Shown piece by piece: positions 8,717 through 16,949 of a stretch of 32,577 nt of DNA. Under the pieces are notes generated by a model, which saw nothing but the letters and a program-made list of their open reading frames with translations, made no database searches and had not been told where the DNA came from. The translations under genes were made by a program, and so were the position numbers. Position 1 is the stretch's first letter. Every line of letters begins with the position of its first letter. Source of the DNA: Bdellovibrionota bacterium (GTDB lineage: Bacteria > Bdellovibrionota > Bdellovibrionia > Bdellovibrionales > JAEYZS01); NCBI GenBank assembly GCA_963169515.1, contig CAUJEF010000145.1:1-32577 (forward strand), read 5' to 3'.

Positions 8717-9678
8717 TGTTTTCTTAACTTCATGTCGATTAATGTTTTGCTAGGTGCTTTTGGTAAGGTTACTAATTTCAGTTCACTCAGAACTAATAAC
8801 AACCAGTGCGATGGATCTAAATGTCGTTTCAAAATGTCGTTTCTGTGCGAGTTGGGAAAGGCGTGGTGGGTGTTGTGCCATGATCCCCCCAGGGTAGGGA
8901 TGAATAGCAATAGATTATTTTTACTGTTGTCGTCCGTACTAAAATCAGTTGCTCCCCAAATATGACAAACAGAGTTGATCATCCAGGTAAAGTGCTGTGT
9001 AAGCGTCAGTCGAACAATCCCTCCCAAAAGGATTCCTTTGGCCAAGAATGTTGGATTTTGACCAGAAATAAAATATGCAATCACGCCTGGAAGAAGAATT
9101 CCGAGAAGTACATTTACAAAGTAAAATCGATCAAACTTGCGAAGTGTTTTATCTGTCAAAAGATCTTTCAGGTAAAGGTTTGGATTTGGATATGGATATC
9201 GTAATTTCCATAGAATATGTGATCGGATGAATGTCTTGAATGTAACTTTGCCGTTGGAATCATAAGGGGAGTGGGTATCGGCTTTGCTGTCGCTATATGC
9301 ATGATGGTGTCGATGAGTTGCCGCCCACGAAGTAATTGTACCTTGCCCTGCGATGTGGGTCAAAAATGCCAAAACGAATTTCACAGATGGTGTGGCGGTA
9401 AATGCTTTGTGCGAAAACAACCTGTGGAACCCCAGCTCAACTCCCACAGCGGTAAGAAACCACATAAACGCAAACACACCGAGATCTAACCAGCCTATGC
9501 CTAAATGAACAAGTATGGGTATTGAGATCAGAGTTAAAACAAGAGGCAAAATATCCATAAGATAAAAATGTACCTTCTGTGCTCTATAAATTGCCGGGTG
9601 CGAGAGAAAGGTTCGGCGTGTTAGCTCTATTCTTTGCTCTGTGATGCCATTGAACTGGCTGGTTTTTTCGTCTTTCAT
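8713..9678 (-). CDS. Membrane fatty-acyl (acyl-CoA) desaturase
   Basis: Three His boxes (HRLFSH, HRHHH, HNTHH), DTHSP, and INSVCHIWG. Its stop overlaps the cyclase stop (CTAG 8713-8716). Confidence 0.92.
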   Translation of the reverse strand: MKDEKTSQFNGITEQRIELTRRTFLSHPAIYRAQKVHFYLMDILPLVLTLISIPILVHLGIGWLDLGVFAFMWFLTAVGVELGFHRLFSHKAFTATPSVKFVLAFLTHIAGQGTITSWAATHRHHHAYSDSKADTHSPYDSNGKVTFKTFIRSHILWKLRYPYPNPNLYLKDLLTDKTLRKFDRFYFVNVLLGILLPGVIAYFISGQNPTFLAKGILLGGIVRLTLTQHFTWMINSVCHIWGATDFSTDDNSKNNLLLFIPTLGGSWHNTHHAFPNSHRNDILKRHLDPSHWLLLVLSELKLVTLPKAPSKTLIDMKLRKH

Positions 9679-9833
9679 GCTTATTACAACACCTCAGAGC
9701 CTGATCGGAATAATTCAATGACAGGTAAATCTGAGCAGTACCTTAGTCATAGGTGTTTTAGAATATACGAATAAAACGTCTTAATTTCGTAATAAGAAGT
9801 AAATTAGAAGTGGCTCCGCAGTTTTAAAAACTA

Positions 9834-10103
9834 CTACGCCTTAGCGGCAGCTTTGGTTTTCTTTTTTGAGGCTTTTTTCTCTGGCGTTGCTGATTCGATT
9901 AGTTTCACGTTTGAATAATCGATGAAGCCTTCCATCTTTTTAATGCCGTCTTTTTTATCAAAGTGGGTCATCATTTTTACTCCAGTAACTTTGATACGAA
10001 GACGTTTTGAGCCTGTTTGAACCAGAAGAACTTTCCCGCGTTTGCCTTTGTCGGCGCCTGTTGTAACTTCAACGGTGGCACCTTTTTTGATTTTCAATTT
10101 CAT
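9834..10103 (-). CDS. rplX: 50S ribosomal protein L24 (short, KOW motif)
   Basis: KIKKGATVEVTTGADKGKRGKVL KOW motif; EGFIDYSNVKL matches the L24 EAPIHxSNV segment. Confidence 0.8.
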   Translation of the reverse strand: MKLKIKKGATVEVTTGADKGKRGKVLLVQTGSKRLRIKVTGVKMMTHFDKKDGIKKMEGFIDYSNVKLIESATPEKKASKKKTKAAAKA

Positions 10104-10432
10104 TGTTGTGCTCCCTGCTCAGTGCCTTCCCCGGGCCTTGTGGTCGGGCTTTTTCCGCGTAGCTTTCTTAGTAGCTGTGTGCGAACTTTGCGAGCGCGTA
10201 AAGATAAATTTTGAATAGGCTGTTTTAGGATGAAGCTATCCAGGCCGCCATTATGTTCGATGGTTTTGATTGTGCTTGATGCTAGCTTTAGGCTTACCAG
10301 TTTTCCAAGAGTCGCGCTAAACAGTTTTTTTTGCTGGATATTTGGGTGTTTAATCGTTTTTGTTTTGATATTTGAATGGCTTACCTTGTGGGCAACGGTT
10401 GGGCCTTTTCCTGTTAATTCACAACGAGGCAT
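10100..10432 (-). CDS. rpmB: 50S ribosomal protein L28 with C-terminal extension
   Basis: RCELTGK...VSHSNIKTK...PNIQ...IKTIEHNGGLDSFIL. Confidence 0.93.
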   Translation of the reverse strand: MPRCELTGKGPTVAHKVSHSNIKTKTIKHPNIQQKKLFSATLGKLVSLKLASSTIKTIEHNGGLDSFILKQPIQNLSLRARKVRTQLLRKLRGKSPTTRPGEGTEQGAQQ

Positions 10433-10478
10433 ACTTTTTATCCCTTTACTTAATTTCAGGTTTTAAATAACCCCATAG

Positions 10479-10546
10479 GGTATATGGTAGAAAGGTCCAT
10501 TTTGGCAATAAAAAAGCTTGTCAATTAGGGGGTTAGGCCTTAATTC
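10479..10546. promoter_or_regulatory. Putative back-to-back promoters for rpmB (-) and rpsR (+)
   Basis: Minus strand TTGCCA (10508-10503)-N18-TATACC; plus strand TTGTCA (10518-10523)-N17-TAATTC. Confidence 0.35.
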
Positions 10547-10596
10547 TTTATGTTTTAACAAAACTATTAGTTTAAAAGCTTAACGGAGTAAAACGG

Positions 10597-10872
10597 ATGA
10601 AAAAACAATCATTTAGGTCAAAGTTCAGATCGGACTTTCCCGCAGACTATCACTTTGATTACAAAGACGCCCACACATTGGGGAAATTCGTAATCGAAGG
10701 TGGAAAGATTGTTCCATCACGAATCAGCAAGCTCAGCTCAAGCCAACAGCGTGCAGTAACTGGTGCCATTAAGCGTGCGCGCAATCTTGCTTTGTTGCCA
10801 ATTGGTAGCGATGCTTACGACCGAGGAGCATTTGTAGAACCAATCTCTCCACAGCCATTTAAGTTCGAATAA
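10597..10872 (+). CDS. rpsR: 30S ribosomal protein S18 (Cys-free type)
   Basis: DYKD...[14 protein letters not shown]....[23 protein letters not shown]. Confidence 0.95.
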   Translation: MKKQSFRSKFRSDFPADYHFDYKDAHTLGKFVIEGGKIVPSRISKLSSSQQRAVTGAIKRARNLALLPIGSDAYDRGAFVEPISPQPFKFE

Positions 10873-10902
10873 CACGCTAAATATAACGTCTTTTAGATTT
10901 TC

Positions 10903-11628
10903 TTACTGAGCCTTTTGCCAGCAGAGCTTGGCGGTTTCTGGCTGAAGATTTTCAGACTCCGTAAGGCATTTTTCAGATTGGCTAACCTTGGTCATTTCTT
11001 TTTTCATTAGCTTTTTCATTGTGCCGCTCATTGCTCGGACCCACCATCGAAGCGGATAGACGATTGAAATCTCTCTTGCGATGACTCCACCGGGGGCCTT
11101 TTCTAAGACTTTTAGGTTATCCCGCAGGGCAAAGTTTTTTTTGTCTTCTGACAATGGCGCACGGACAAAATAAAAATTTTCAATCTGTCGGCCCCTATAT
11201 TGGAGCGTAAAATCTTGGTCTTCAATGCCAGGGACCTTTTTTTGCAATCTTCCTAAAAACATTCCACCGACTGGATCGTTTACCTTTGATGGGCCGTCGA
11301 GCCCATAGGCAAACTGAAACAATTGCGGAGAGTTTAAAAAATCACGATAGGTTTCGAACTTGGTTTTAGCAAAAGATTGAGTGTGCCCAATTCCAATTGT
11401 AAATGTGTCGTTGTCAATTGCTAAAACTTCGCTGGTTACAACTGTTGATGGCTTCGAATCAGGGGAAATTGGGGGAAACACATTTGGGTTTTCGTTTATG
11501 AATTTTGTCCAGGCCTGAGCGGTTGCGAGCTTATCCAGGCGGGCATTAAAGTTTTTTAAAATATGCTGGTGGGTGGGGGTAAGGTCAAAGCCCAGTGCAA
11601 AATTTACTAAAAAACAAAATAAAATCAT
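10903..11628 (-). CDS. Secreted hypothetical protein coupled to SPT; possibly START/SRPBCC-like
   Basis: Signal peptide; starts 2 nt after the SPT stop; beta-rich core with a long C-terminal amphipathic helix. The fold is an inference. Confidence 0.6.
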   Translation of the reverse strand: MILFCFLVNFALGFDLTPTHQHILKNFNARLDKLATAQAWTKFINENPNVFPPISPDSKPSTVVTSEVLAIDNDTFTIGIGHTQSFAKTKFETYRDFLNSPQLFQFAYGLDGPSKVNDPVGGMFLGRLQKKVPGIEDQDFTLQYRGRQIENFYFVRAPLSEDKKNFALRDNLKVLEKAPGGVIAREISIVYPLRWWVRAMSGTMKKLMKKEMTKVSQSEKCLTESENLQPETAKLCWQKAQ

Positions 11629-11630
11629 GA

Positions 11631-12905
11631 TTACGAAAATAGATCTGCCGCCGAATCTGGGGCATGATTCAGGCGCGAATCGCCACTATCCAAATTGTCA
11701 GCGAGCGCGGTATCGTTATCTGCCAGATTGTTCGCTTCCGCGATCATTGGTGCGAGCTCTTTAAATGCGGCAATGGCTTTGTCCAAATCTGCACGTGTAT
11801 GGGTTGCCATAACCGAGCAACGGATCAAAGCGTGGCCCTTTGGAACGGCCGGGTATGGGACCGGTGTTGTGAAAATTCCTCGTTGTAGCAGTTCCTGGCA
11901 AATTACTAATGACATCTCGTCGCTGCCAATGAATACAGGAACCACACAAGTCTCTGAACCAAGGGTGTTCAACCCGATATCATCGAAGGCCTTTTTTAAA
12001 TACGCTGCGTTTGCCTGAACATTATCCACACGTTGGGGCTCTTCTTTTAAAATACGAAGGGCCTTAAGAGCAGACGCTGTACTCGCCGGAGAAAGCGCTG
12101 CAGAAAACATGAATGTGCGCGATTTAACCCGCAACCATTCTGTCAAATCCTTAGACCCGCAAATATAACCACCTTGGCTTGCCAACGATTTCGAAAATGT
12201 GCCCATAAGAACATCTGGTTCAATTTTAAAATGACTTGGAGTCCCTCGACCGCCGACGCCGATTACACCCAGGCCGTGAGCGTCGTCAACATAGGTGCGA
12301 GCGTTGTATTTTTTTGCAAGCTTATGGATACGATCAAAAGGGGCTATGTGTCCGGTCATACTGAATACGCCATCAGTGATAATTAGCTTACCCGCGTCCA
12401 GTGGAACCGATTGGAGAAGTTGTTCCAAATGTTCCATATCTCCGTGTCTATAAACCAGAACATTTGCCCGAGTCAGGCGACAGCCTTCGATGATGCACGC
12501 GTGGTTTTCAAAATCAGAAAAAATGTAGTCGTCTTTTTTAACCAACGCGCCAATAGCGCCTTGGTTTGCCATAAATCCAGTTGCATAAACTAGGGCGGAT
12601 TCTGTACCAAAAAAACTGGCAAGTTCGTCCTCAAGTTCTTCGTGAAGTTCGAGGTTACCATTTAGAAAGCGCGACCCAGTGCAACCGGTTCCCCATTTGT
12701 GGATGGCATCGATAGCGGCCCCCATCACTCGAGGATCGTGCGTGAGACCCAGGTAATTGTTCGAGCCCATCATCACAAGTTCTTGGTTATTGAAAAAAAC
12801 ATTTGTGCCGCGACTGCCTTGAAGACGTCTAAAAAACGGATACATTCCAGAAGATTTCAGCAAACGAATGATCTCTAGACCTTTAAACTTGTTAAACAAA
12901 TCCAT
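11631..12905 (-). CDS. spt: Serine palmitoyltransferase (PLP alpha-oxoamine synthase family)
   Basis: Start reassigned to ATG 12905 (GGAGG RBS). YPFFR, GSNNYLGL, GTGCTGSRFLNG, DDAHG and GTFSKS PLP-lysine motif typical of bacterial SPTs; adjacent to a CerS-like GNAT. Confidence 0.82.
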   Translation of the reverse strand: MDLFNKFKGLEIIRLLKSSGMYPFFRRLQGSRGTNVFFNNQELVMMGSNNYLGLTHDPRVMGAAIDAIHKWGTGCTGSRFLNGNLELHEELEDELASFFGTESALVYATGFMANQGAIGALVKKDDYIFSDFENHACIIEGCRLTRANVLVYRHGDMEHLEQLLQSVPLDAGKLIITDGVFSMTGHIAPFDRIHKLAKKYNARTYVDDAHGLGVIGVGGRGTPSHFKIEPDVLMGTFSKSLASQGGYICGSKDLTEWLRVKSRTFMFSAALSPASTASALKALRILKEEPQRVDNVQANAAYLKKAFDDIGLNTLGSETCVVPVFIGSDEMSLVICQELLQRGIFTTPVPYPAVPKGHALIRCSVMATHTRADLDKAIAAFKELAPMIAEANNLADNDTALADNLDSGDSRLNHAPDSAADLFS

Positions 12906-13104
12906 GCAAAAATCCGCCTCCAAAAAGGTCGCTTTTATAAAAAGCGTACCCCCCCATGACACTATCCGAAAAGCATTTCTTATAGACCGTTTTAAATGGT
13001 TTATCGATAAGAAAATGTAGCGAGGAATATTTTTTTCTACTCAACGCAGCACTTTACGGTAAATAATAATAAGAACGCCAATTTTTAGAAAAAACAAGTG
13101 TTTT

Positions 13105-14280
13105 TTAATGCTTAGGACTACTGAGCGGTGCCTTTTCAAAAATACGATAAACCTTACTGTGTTTTCCACCCATTGCTTTTGAAAGCTCGTTCATTGGACC
13201 GTTGTTGGCAAGTACCCATGACACTTCTGCCGAAGGGTAACCGTGGCGGGGGCCACGTTCGAACATATCTTTCACAAGTAGGCTTCCAATCCCCAGCCCG
13301 TGCGCCTCTTTAAGAACACCCAGCGCGTATCCGCGCAGATTATTTACGTATTTTTTTCGATTCATGAATTTTAATATAAACCCGGGCGTAACTTTACCCC
13401 TAAAAGGTTTGATCAAAGGGTTATAGTTTGGAAGCATAATCAAACAGCCGACGGGCTTGCCATTAAGCATGGCAATAGAAACAACGTCCGTGTCTAGAAA
13501 CATCTTCATCATCATGACCATTTCATTGATTTGGTCCTCAAGGAACTCTTCAAAACCCCAATTTTTAGAAAGCGCATCGTTGAATATTTCAGAAATAATT
13601 CTTGATTCATCGTATAGTTTTTTTCTATTCACCGTTCGGATTGTTACGCCGGCTTTGGTGGATTCTTCGGCATTTTTATACAGCGAGGGTTCGAGAGGAT
13701 TTTTGCTATGAAGTTCATACGTAAATAGATCCATAACTTTTGTAAATCCGGCTTTTTCCAAATAGTCTTTGTAGTATGGCGGATTGTAGGACATAAGGAA
13801 AAATGGATCCTGATCAAATCCCTCTGTAAGAACGCCAATATAAGGGTCTTCCATGCGGAAGTGATGCGGTCCAATGACTTTCAAGTTGGGGTAAAGTGCA
13901 TGAACAGCATTAATAAGTGCAAGCGTTGCATCTTGATGGCCTTCAAGACATTCATAAAAACCAAAATTTAGCGTGGTATGATTACCGTATTTGTGAACTT
14001 TTGCTGCGATTCGAGCGACGGTAGCTCCATTTTTTCGTGCTAAAAACAGATGCTTTTGCCCTTGCCCCAGCTTTCCAATCATCATTTTCATGTGGAGGTT
14101 AAGGGGTTTAACATAGCGGGTATTTACGTCTGTATAGATCTGATCAGGCAGGTTCAAAAAATCACGATAGTTCTTGCTGTTTTTTACTTCAATTACCTCG
14201 ATTTGGCCAGGCCCCCATGATTTTTGTTGGCTTGTTTGGTTGTTTGTTTGACTGTTTGTTTGTTCGTGCAAAGAACCCAT
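13105..14280 (-). CDS. Double-GNAT protein of the YghO / bacterial ceramide synthase family
   Basis: ARIAA, FGFYEC, MSYNPPYY..YLEKAGF.K..DL, NWGF, SWVLANN.PM and KVYRIFEK motifs. Start probably ATG 14280. Confidence 0.78.
   Translation of the reverse strand: MGSLHEQTNSQTNNQTSQQKSWGPGQIEVIEVKNSKNYRDFLNLPDQIYTDVNTRYVKPLNLHMKMMIGKLGQGQKHLFLARKNGATVARIAAKVHKYGNHTTLNFGFYECLEGHQDATLALINAVHALYPNLKVIGPHHFRMEDPYIGVLTEGFDQDPFFLMSYNPPYYKDYLEKAGFTKVMDLFTYELHSKNPLEPSLYKNAEESTKAGVTIRTVNRKKLYDESRIISEIFNDALSKNWGFEEFLEDQINEMVMMMKMFLDTDVVSIAMLNGKPVGCLIMLPNYNPLIKPFRGKVTPGFILKFMNRKKYVNNLRGYALGVLKEAHGLGIGSLLVKDMFERGPRHGYPSAEVSWVLANNGPMNELSKAMGGKHSKVYRIFEKAPLSSPKH
14226..14264 (-). repeat. Low-complexity CAAA-rich repeat encoding QTNSQTNNQTSQQ
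   Basis: Imperfect 12-nt periodicity at the N-terminus of the GNAT gene. Confidence 0.55.
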
Positions 14281-14413
14281 TGTGTAACCCCGCCTAGCCT
14301 TAGGACCTTTGACCATTGCATACATCCTTTCGTGGGGCACGTCATCATTTTTTTGTTCCTTGCTAATTTTGATGTTATAAGAATTAGTGAATCCATATCA
14401 AGGAGAGAGCGAG

Positions 14414-14704
14414 ATGGTTTTACAGCTTTTATTGTTAATTGCAGCCAGCGTTTCCTTTGCAGAAACAGATCCGCAACAAGTGCTCTGCCGTAACGGTAAA
14501 GTAGTAAGAACCCTGTCATTTCAAGTTGATAAAAATAAGAACGAATGTACCACTGTTTATACTAAGGGTGGTGTAGACCGCGAAATTGGCCGAGGACAAA
14601 ATTCATCAACTTGCATCGAAGTCTTCAACCAAGTTAAGGGCACTCTGGAAAAAGCGGATTGGAAATGCAAAGACATAAGTGCCCTACAAGTGTTTGATAA
14701 CTAA
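14414..14704 (+). CDS. Small secreted Cys-containing hypothetical protein
   Basis: AGGAG RBS before ATG 14414, signal peptide, four Cys. Confidence 0.75.
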   Translation: MVLQLLLLIAASVSFAETDPQQVLCRNGKVVRTLSFQVDKNKNECTTVYTKGGVDREIGRGQNSSTCIEVFNQVKGTLEKADWKCKDISALQVFDN

Positions 14705-14731
14705 GATTTAGCTTGAATTACCGGAGGTGAC

Positions 14732-15538
14732 ATGAAAACCGAGCTTAATGTTGCGGTTTTTCAAATGACTTCTTCGAATAACCTTGAATCTAACATCCAG
14801 CAATTTTGGGGGCTTGTTAAAAAAATTAACCACCCGAAAAAGCTGGATTTAATTTCTACCCCTGAGAATACATTTTTCATGCGGCATAATCAGGCGGAAA
14901 AACAACAGACGCTGACCCTGAAACACCAAATTTTTGCAGATCTTGTTGAATACGCACAACGAAATGAAGTGTTCATCCACATCGGGTCAGTTGCACTTCG
15001 TGAAAAAAATGAAGATTACAATGCGACAGTCATCGTAACGCCAGAGGGGCAGATTTTCTCGCCATACCAGAAAATTCATTTGTTCGATATTCAGCTTGAA
15101 AATGAGAAGCCGACTAATGAATCGGACTTATTTGTACACGGAGATAAACCGGGAATTATAGAATATGAAGGTTGGAAAATGGGGTTGAGCATTTGTTATG
15201 ACCTGCGGTTCAGCGAGCTTTACAATCACTATAAAAAGGTCGACGTTATTTTTATTCCAAGCGCATTTTTAGTGCCGACAGGAAGAGCGCATTGGGAGAT
15301 CTTGGTCCGGGCTAGAGCGATCGAGAACCAATGTTTTGTCATCGCGGCGGCACAGGGCGGGAAGCATGGCGACCGTTCAACCTATGGTCACTCGATGGTC
15401 GTAGACCCGTGGGGAGACGTTTTGGGCGAAATAAAAGATGCATCCGAACCGTCTGTTCTTGAGTGCACCCTTGATAAAAGTCGAGTGGCATTTGTTCGTA
15501 AACAAATCCCTATGCATAATCATCGGCGACTTAGGTAA
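14732..15538 (+). CDS. Carbon-nitrogen hydrolase (Nit1 / deaminated-glutathione amidase type)
   Basis: Glu-Lys-Cys triad (PEN, YQKIHLFD, ICYDLRF); ARAIENQ; GHSMVVDPWG. Confidence 0.92.
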   Translation: MKTELNVAVFQMTSSNNLESNIQQFWGLVKKINHPKKLDLISTPENTFFMRHNQAEKQQTLTLKHQIFADLVEYAQRNEVFIHIGSVALREKNEDYNATVIVTPEGQIFSPYQKIHLFDIQLENEKPTNESDLFVHGDKPGIIEYEGWKMGLSICYDLRFSELYNHYKKVDVIFIPSAFLVPTGRAHWEILVRARAIENQCFVIAAAQGGKHGDRSTYGHSMVVDPWGDVLGEIKDASEPSVLECTLDKSRVAFVRKQIPMHNHRRLR

Positions 15539-15589
15539 TCTGGACAATGGGCCGTCTTAGTCTTCAATGAAAAAATGCCGAAATGCTAA

Positions 15590-16051
15590 GTGATGAAAAT
15601 TATTACAGCTGTTTTGTTATTTTTGGGATCTTGCGCGAACGCACAGGATATATTTGTGCCACCGACGGGATATCAGCCGCCACCAAAAGCCGAAGAGGTT
15701 TTACCAATTGCGCCAATGCGTATTGATGACCGTGCTGAAATGCCGGCTCAGGTTTTTTCGTCTGTAAGCAAAAGCGATCCTTGGGAAAAATATGAACGGG
15801 GAGAAGGGAAAAACTCTAAGAGTACGGTGATGGTGGCCGACAGCAATGCCAAAAAAAGAGTCGCTAAGAGTAAGATCACTTCAAAGCGAAAAGTTGACTC
15901 CAAAAAGAAAGTTGCTAAGCTAAAATCTCAAAAAGGCACATTATCTAAAGGTAAAGTTGCAAATGCAAAAAAAATATCAAAGCGACAGCCTGCTGGGAAG
16001 AAAGCCTCTTCCAAAGGTAAATATAAAGGCAAGAGCAAGAAAAAGAAATAG
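15590..16051 (+). CDS. Secreted hypothetical protein with Lys/Ser-rich basic tail
   Basis: Signal peptide, Pro-rich linker, very basic C-terminal half. Confidence 0.65.
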   Translation: MMKIITAVLLFLGSCANAQDIFVPPTGYQPPPKAEEVLPIAPMRIDDRAEMPAQVFSSVSKSDPWEKYERGEGKNSKSTVMVADSNAKKRVAKSKITSKRKVDSKKKVAKLKSQKGTLSKGKVANAKKISKRQPAGKKASSKGKYKGKSKKKK

Positions 16052-16052
16052 C

Positions 16053-16367
16053 TTGTTCTTTCTTTTCCTGATTTTAATTGCAATTCCATGTTTTGCGCAA
16101 ACAAGAAAAAATGATTCTCGCAAAGTTGAAATAATAAAACGTCAAATTGAATTGCCAAGGGTGGATAAGCTGAGTGCAAAGCCAGACTATTCTTCAAGCA
16201 AATCGTTGAATGAAGAACCTTTGCAAGTACAAAAAGATTTGAATTTCCCACAGCGCTCAGGCAGCATTTTTTCAATTCAGAAAAAAGTTTTAAAGGAAAT
16301 TGGCGTGTCAGACACGCAGATCAACTCTACTGATACAGACGATGCCGACGATCACGCTATGGATTAA
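16053..16367 (+). CDS. Secreted hypothetical protein with acidic tail
   Basis: In-frame TTG at 16053, immediately after the upstream stop, gives the signal peptide MFFLFLILIAIPCFAQ. Confidence 0.5.
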   Translation: MFFLFLILIAIPCFAQTRKNDSRKVEIIKRQIELPRVDKLSAKPDYSSSKSLNEEPLQVQKDLNFPQRSGSIFSIQKKVLKEIGVSDTQINSTDTDDADDHAMD

Positions 16368-16938
16368 TCACCCGAATAAACTGCTGAATTGCAGCTCCGC
16401 GATGAGAAATTTTATTTTTTTCGGCCATATCCATTTCAGCAGTTGTTTTTGTATGACCATCGGGGATAAAGACGTTATCGTAACCGAAGCCGTTGGTGCC
16501 CCGGATGTCTTTTGAGATTGTACCTTTCAGAACACCTTCAAATACGTATTCTTTTCCCGCGGGATCATAAGCAACAATCACGCATTTAAATTGGGCTCTT
16601 CGATTTGTTGCCGATCGCATATCGATCATTTTTAGTAATTTTGCGGTGTTTTCTACGTCGCGGGCGTTGGGCCCAGCATATCGAGCCGAATGGACGCCTG
16701 GCAGGTGATTGAGGCCTTCGCATTCAATACCAGAATCATCTGCGATCACCCAGCTTTCGTTTTTAATTGCACGAAGGGCTTTTGCCTTGATGCGTGCATT
16801 GTCGGAAAAGGTTTTGCCTGTTTCGGGTGGCATTGTAATGCCCGGAATATCATTGATGGACTTTACGGTTGCAAACGACAATAGACGTTCAAATTCTTTC
16901 AGTTTTCCTTGGTTGCCAGTTGCGATCCAGATTTCCAA
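16357..16938 (-). CDS. rdgB: dITP/XTP pyrophosphatase (Ham1 family)
   Basis: ATGNQGK, ADDSG, PGVHSARY, GFGYD and SHRG. TTG start at 16938 with GGAG RBS; follows rph. Confidence 0.95.
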   Translation of the reverse strand: MEIWIATGNQGKLKEFERLLSFATVKSINDIPGITMPPETGKTFSDNARIKAKALRAIKNESWVIADDSGIECEGLNHLPGVHSARYAGPNARDVENTAKLLKMIDMRSATNRRAQFKCVIVAYDPAGKEYVFEGVLKGTISKDIRGTNGFGYDNVFIPDGHTKTTAEMDMAEKNKISHRGAAIQQFIRVINP

Positions 16939-16949
16939 AATTTCTCCGA

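Noticed and set aside
11631..12905. BioF (8-amino-7-oxononanoate synthase) call
   Set aside because: The GTFSKS motif, YPFFR N-terminus, CerS-like neighbour and lack of bio genes favour SPT.
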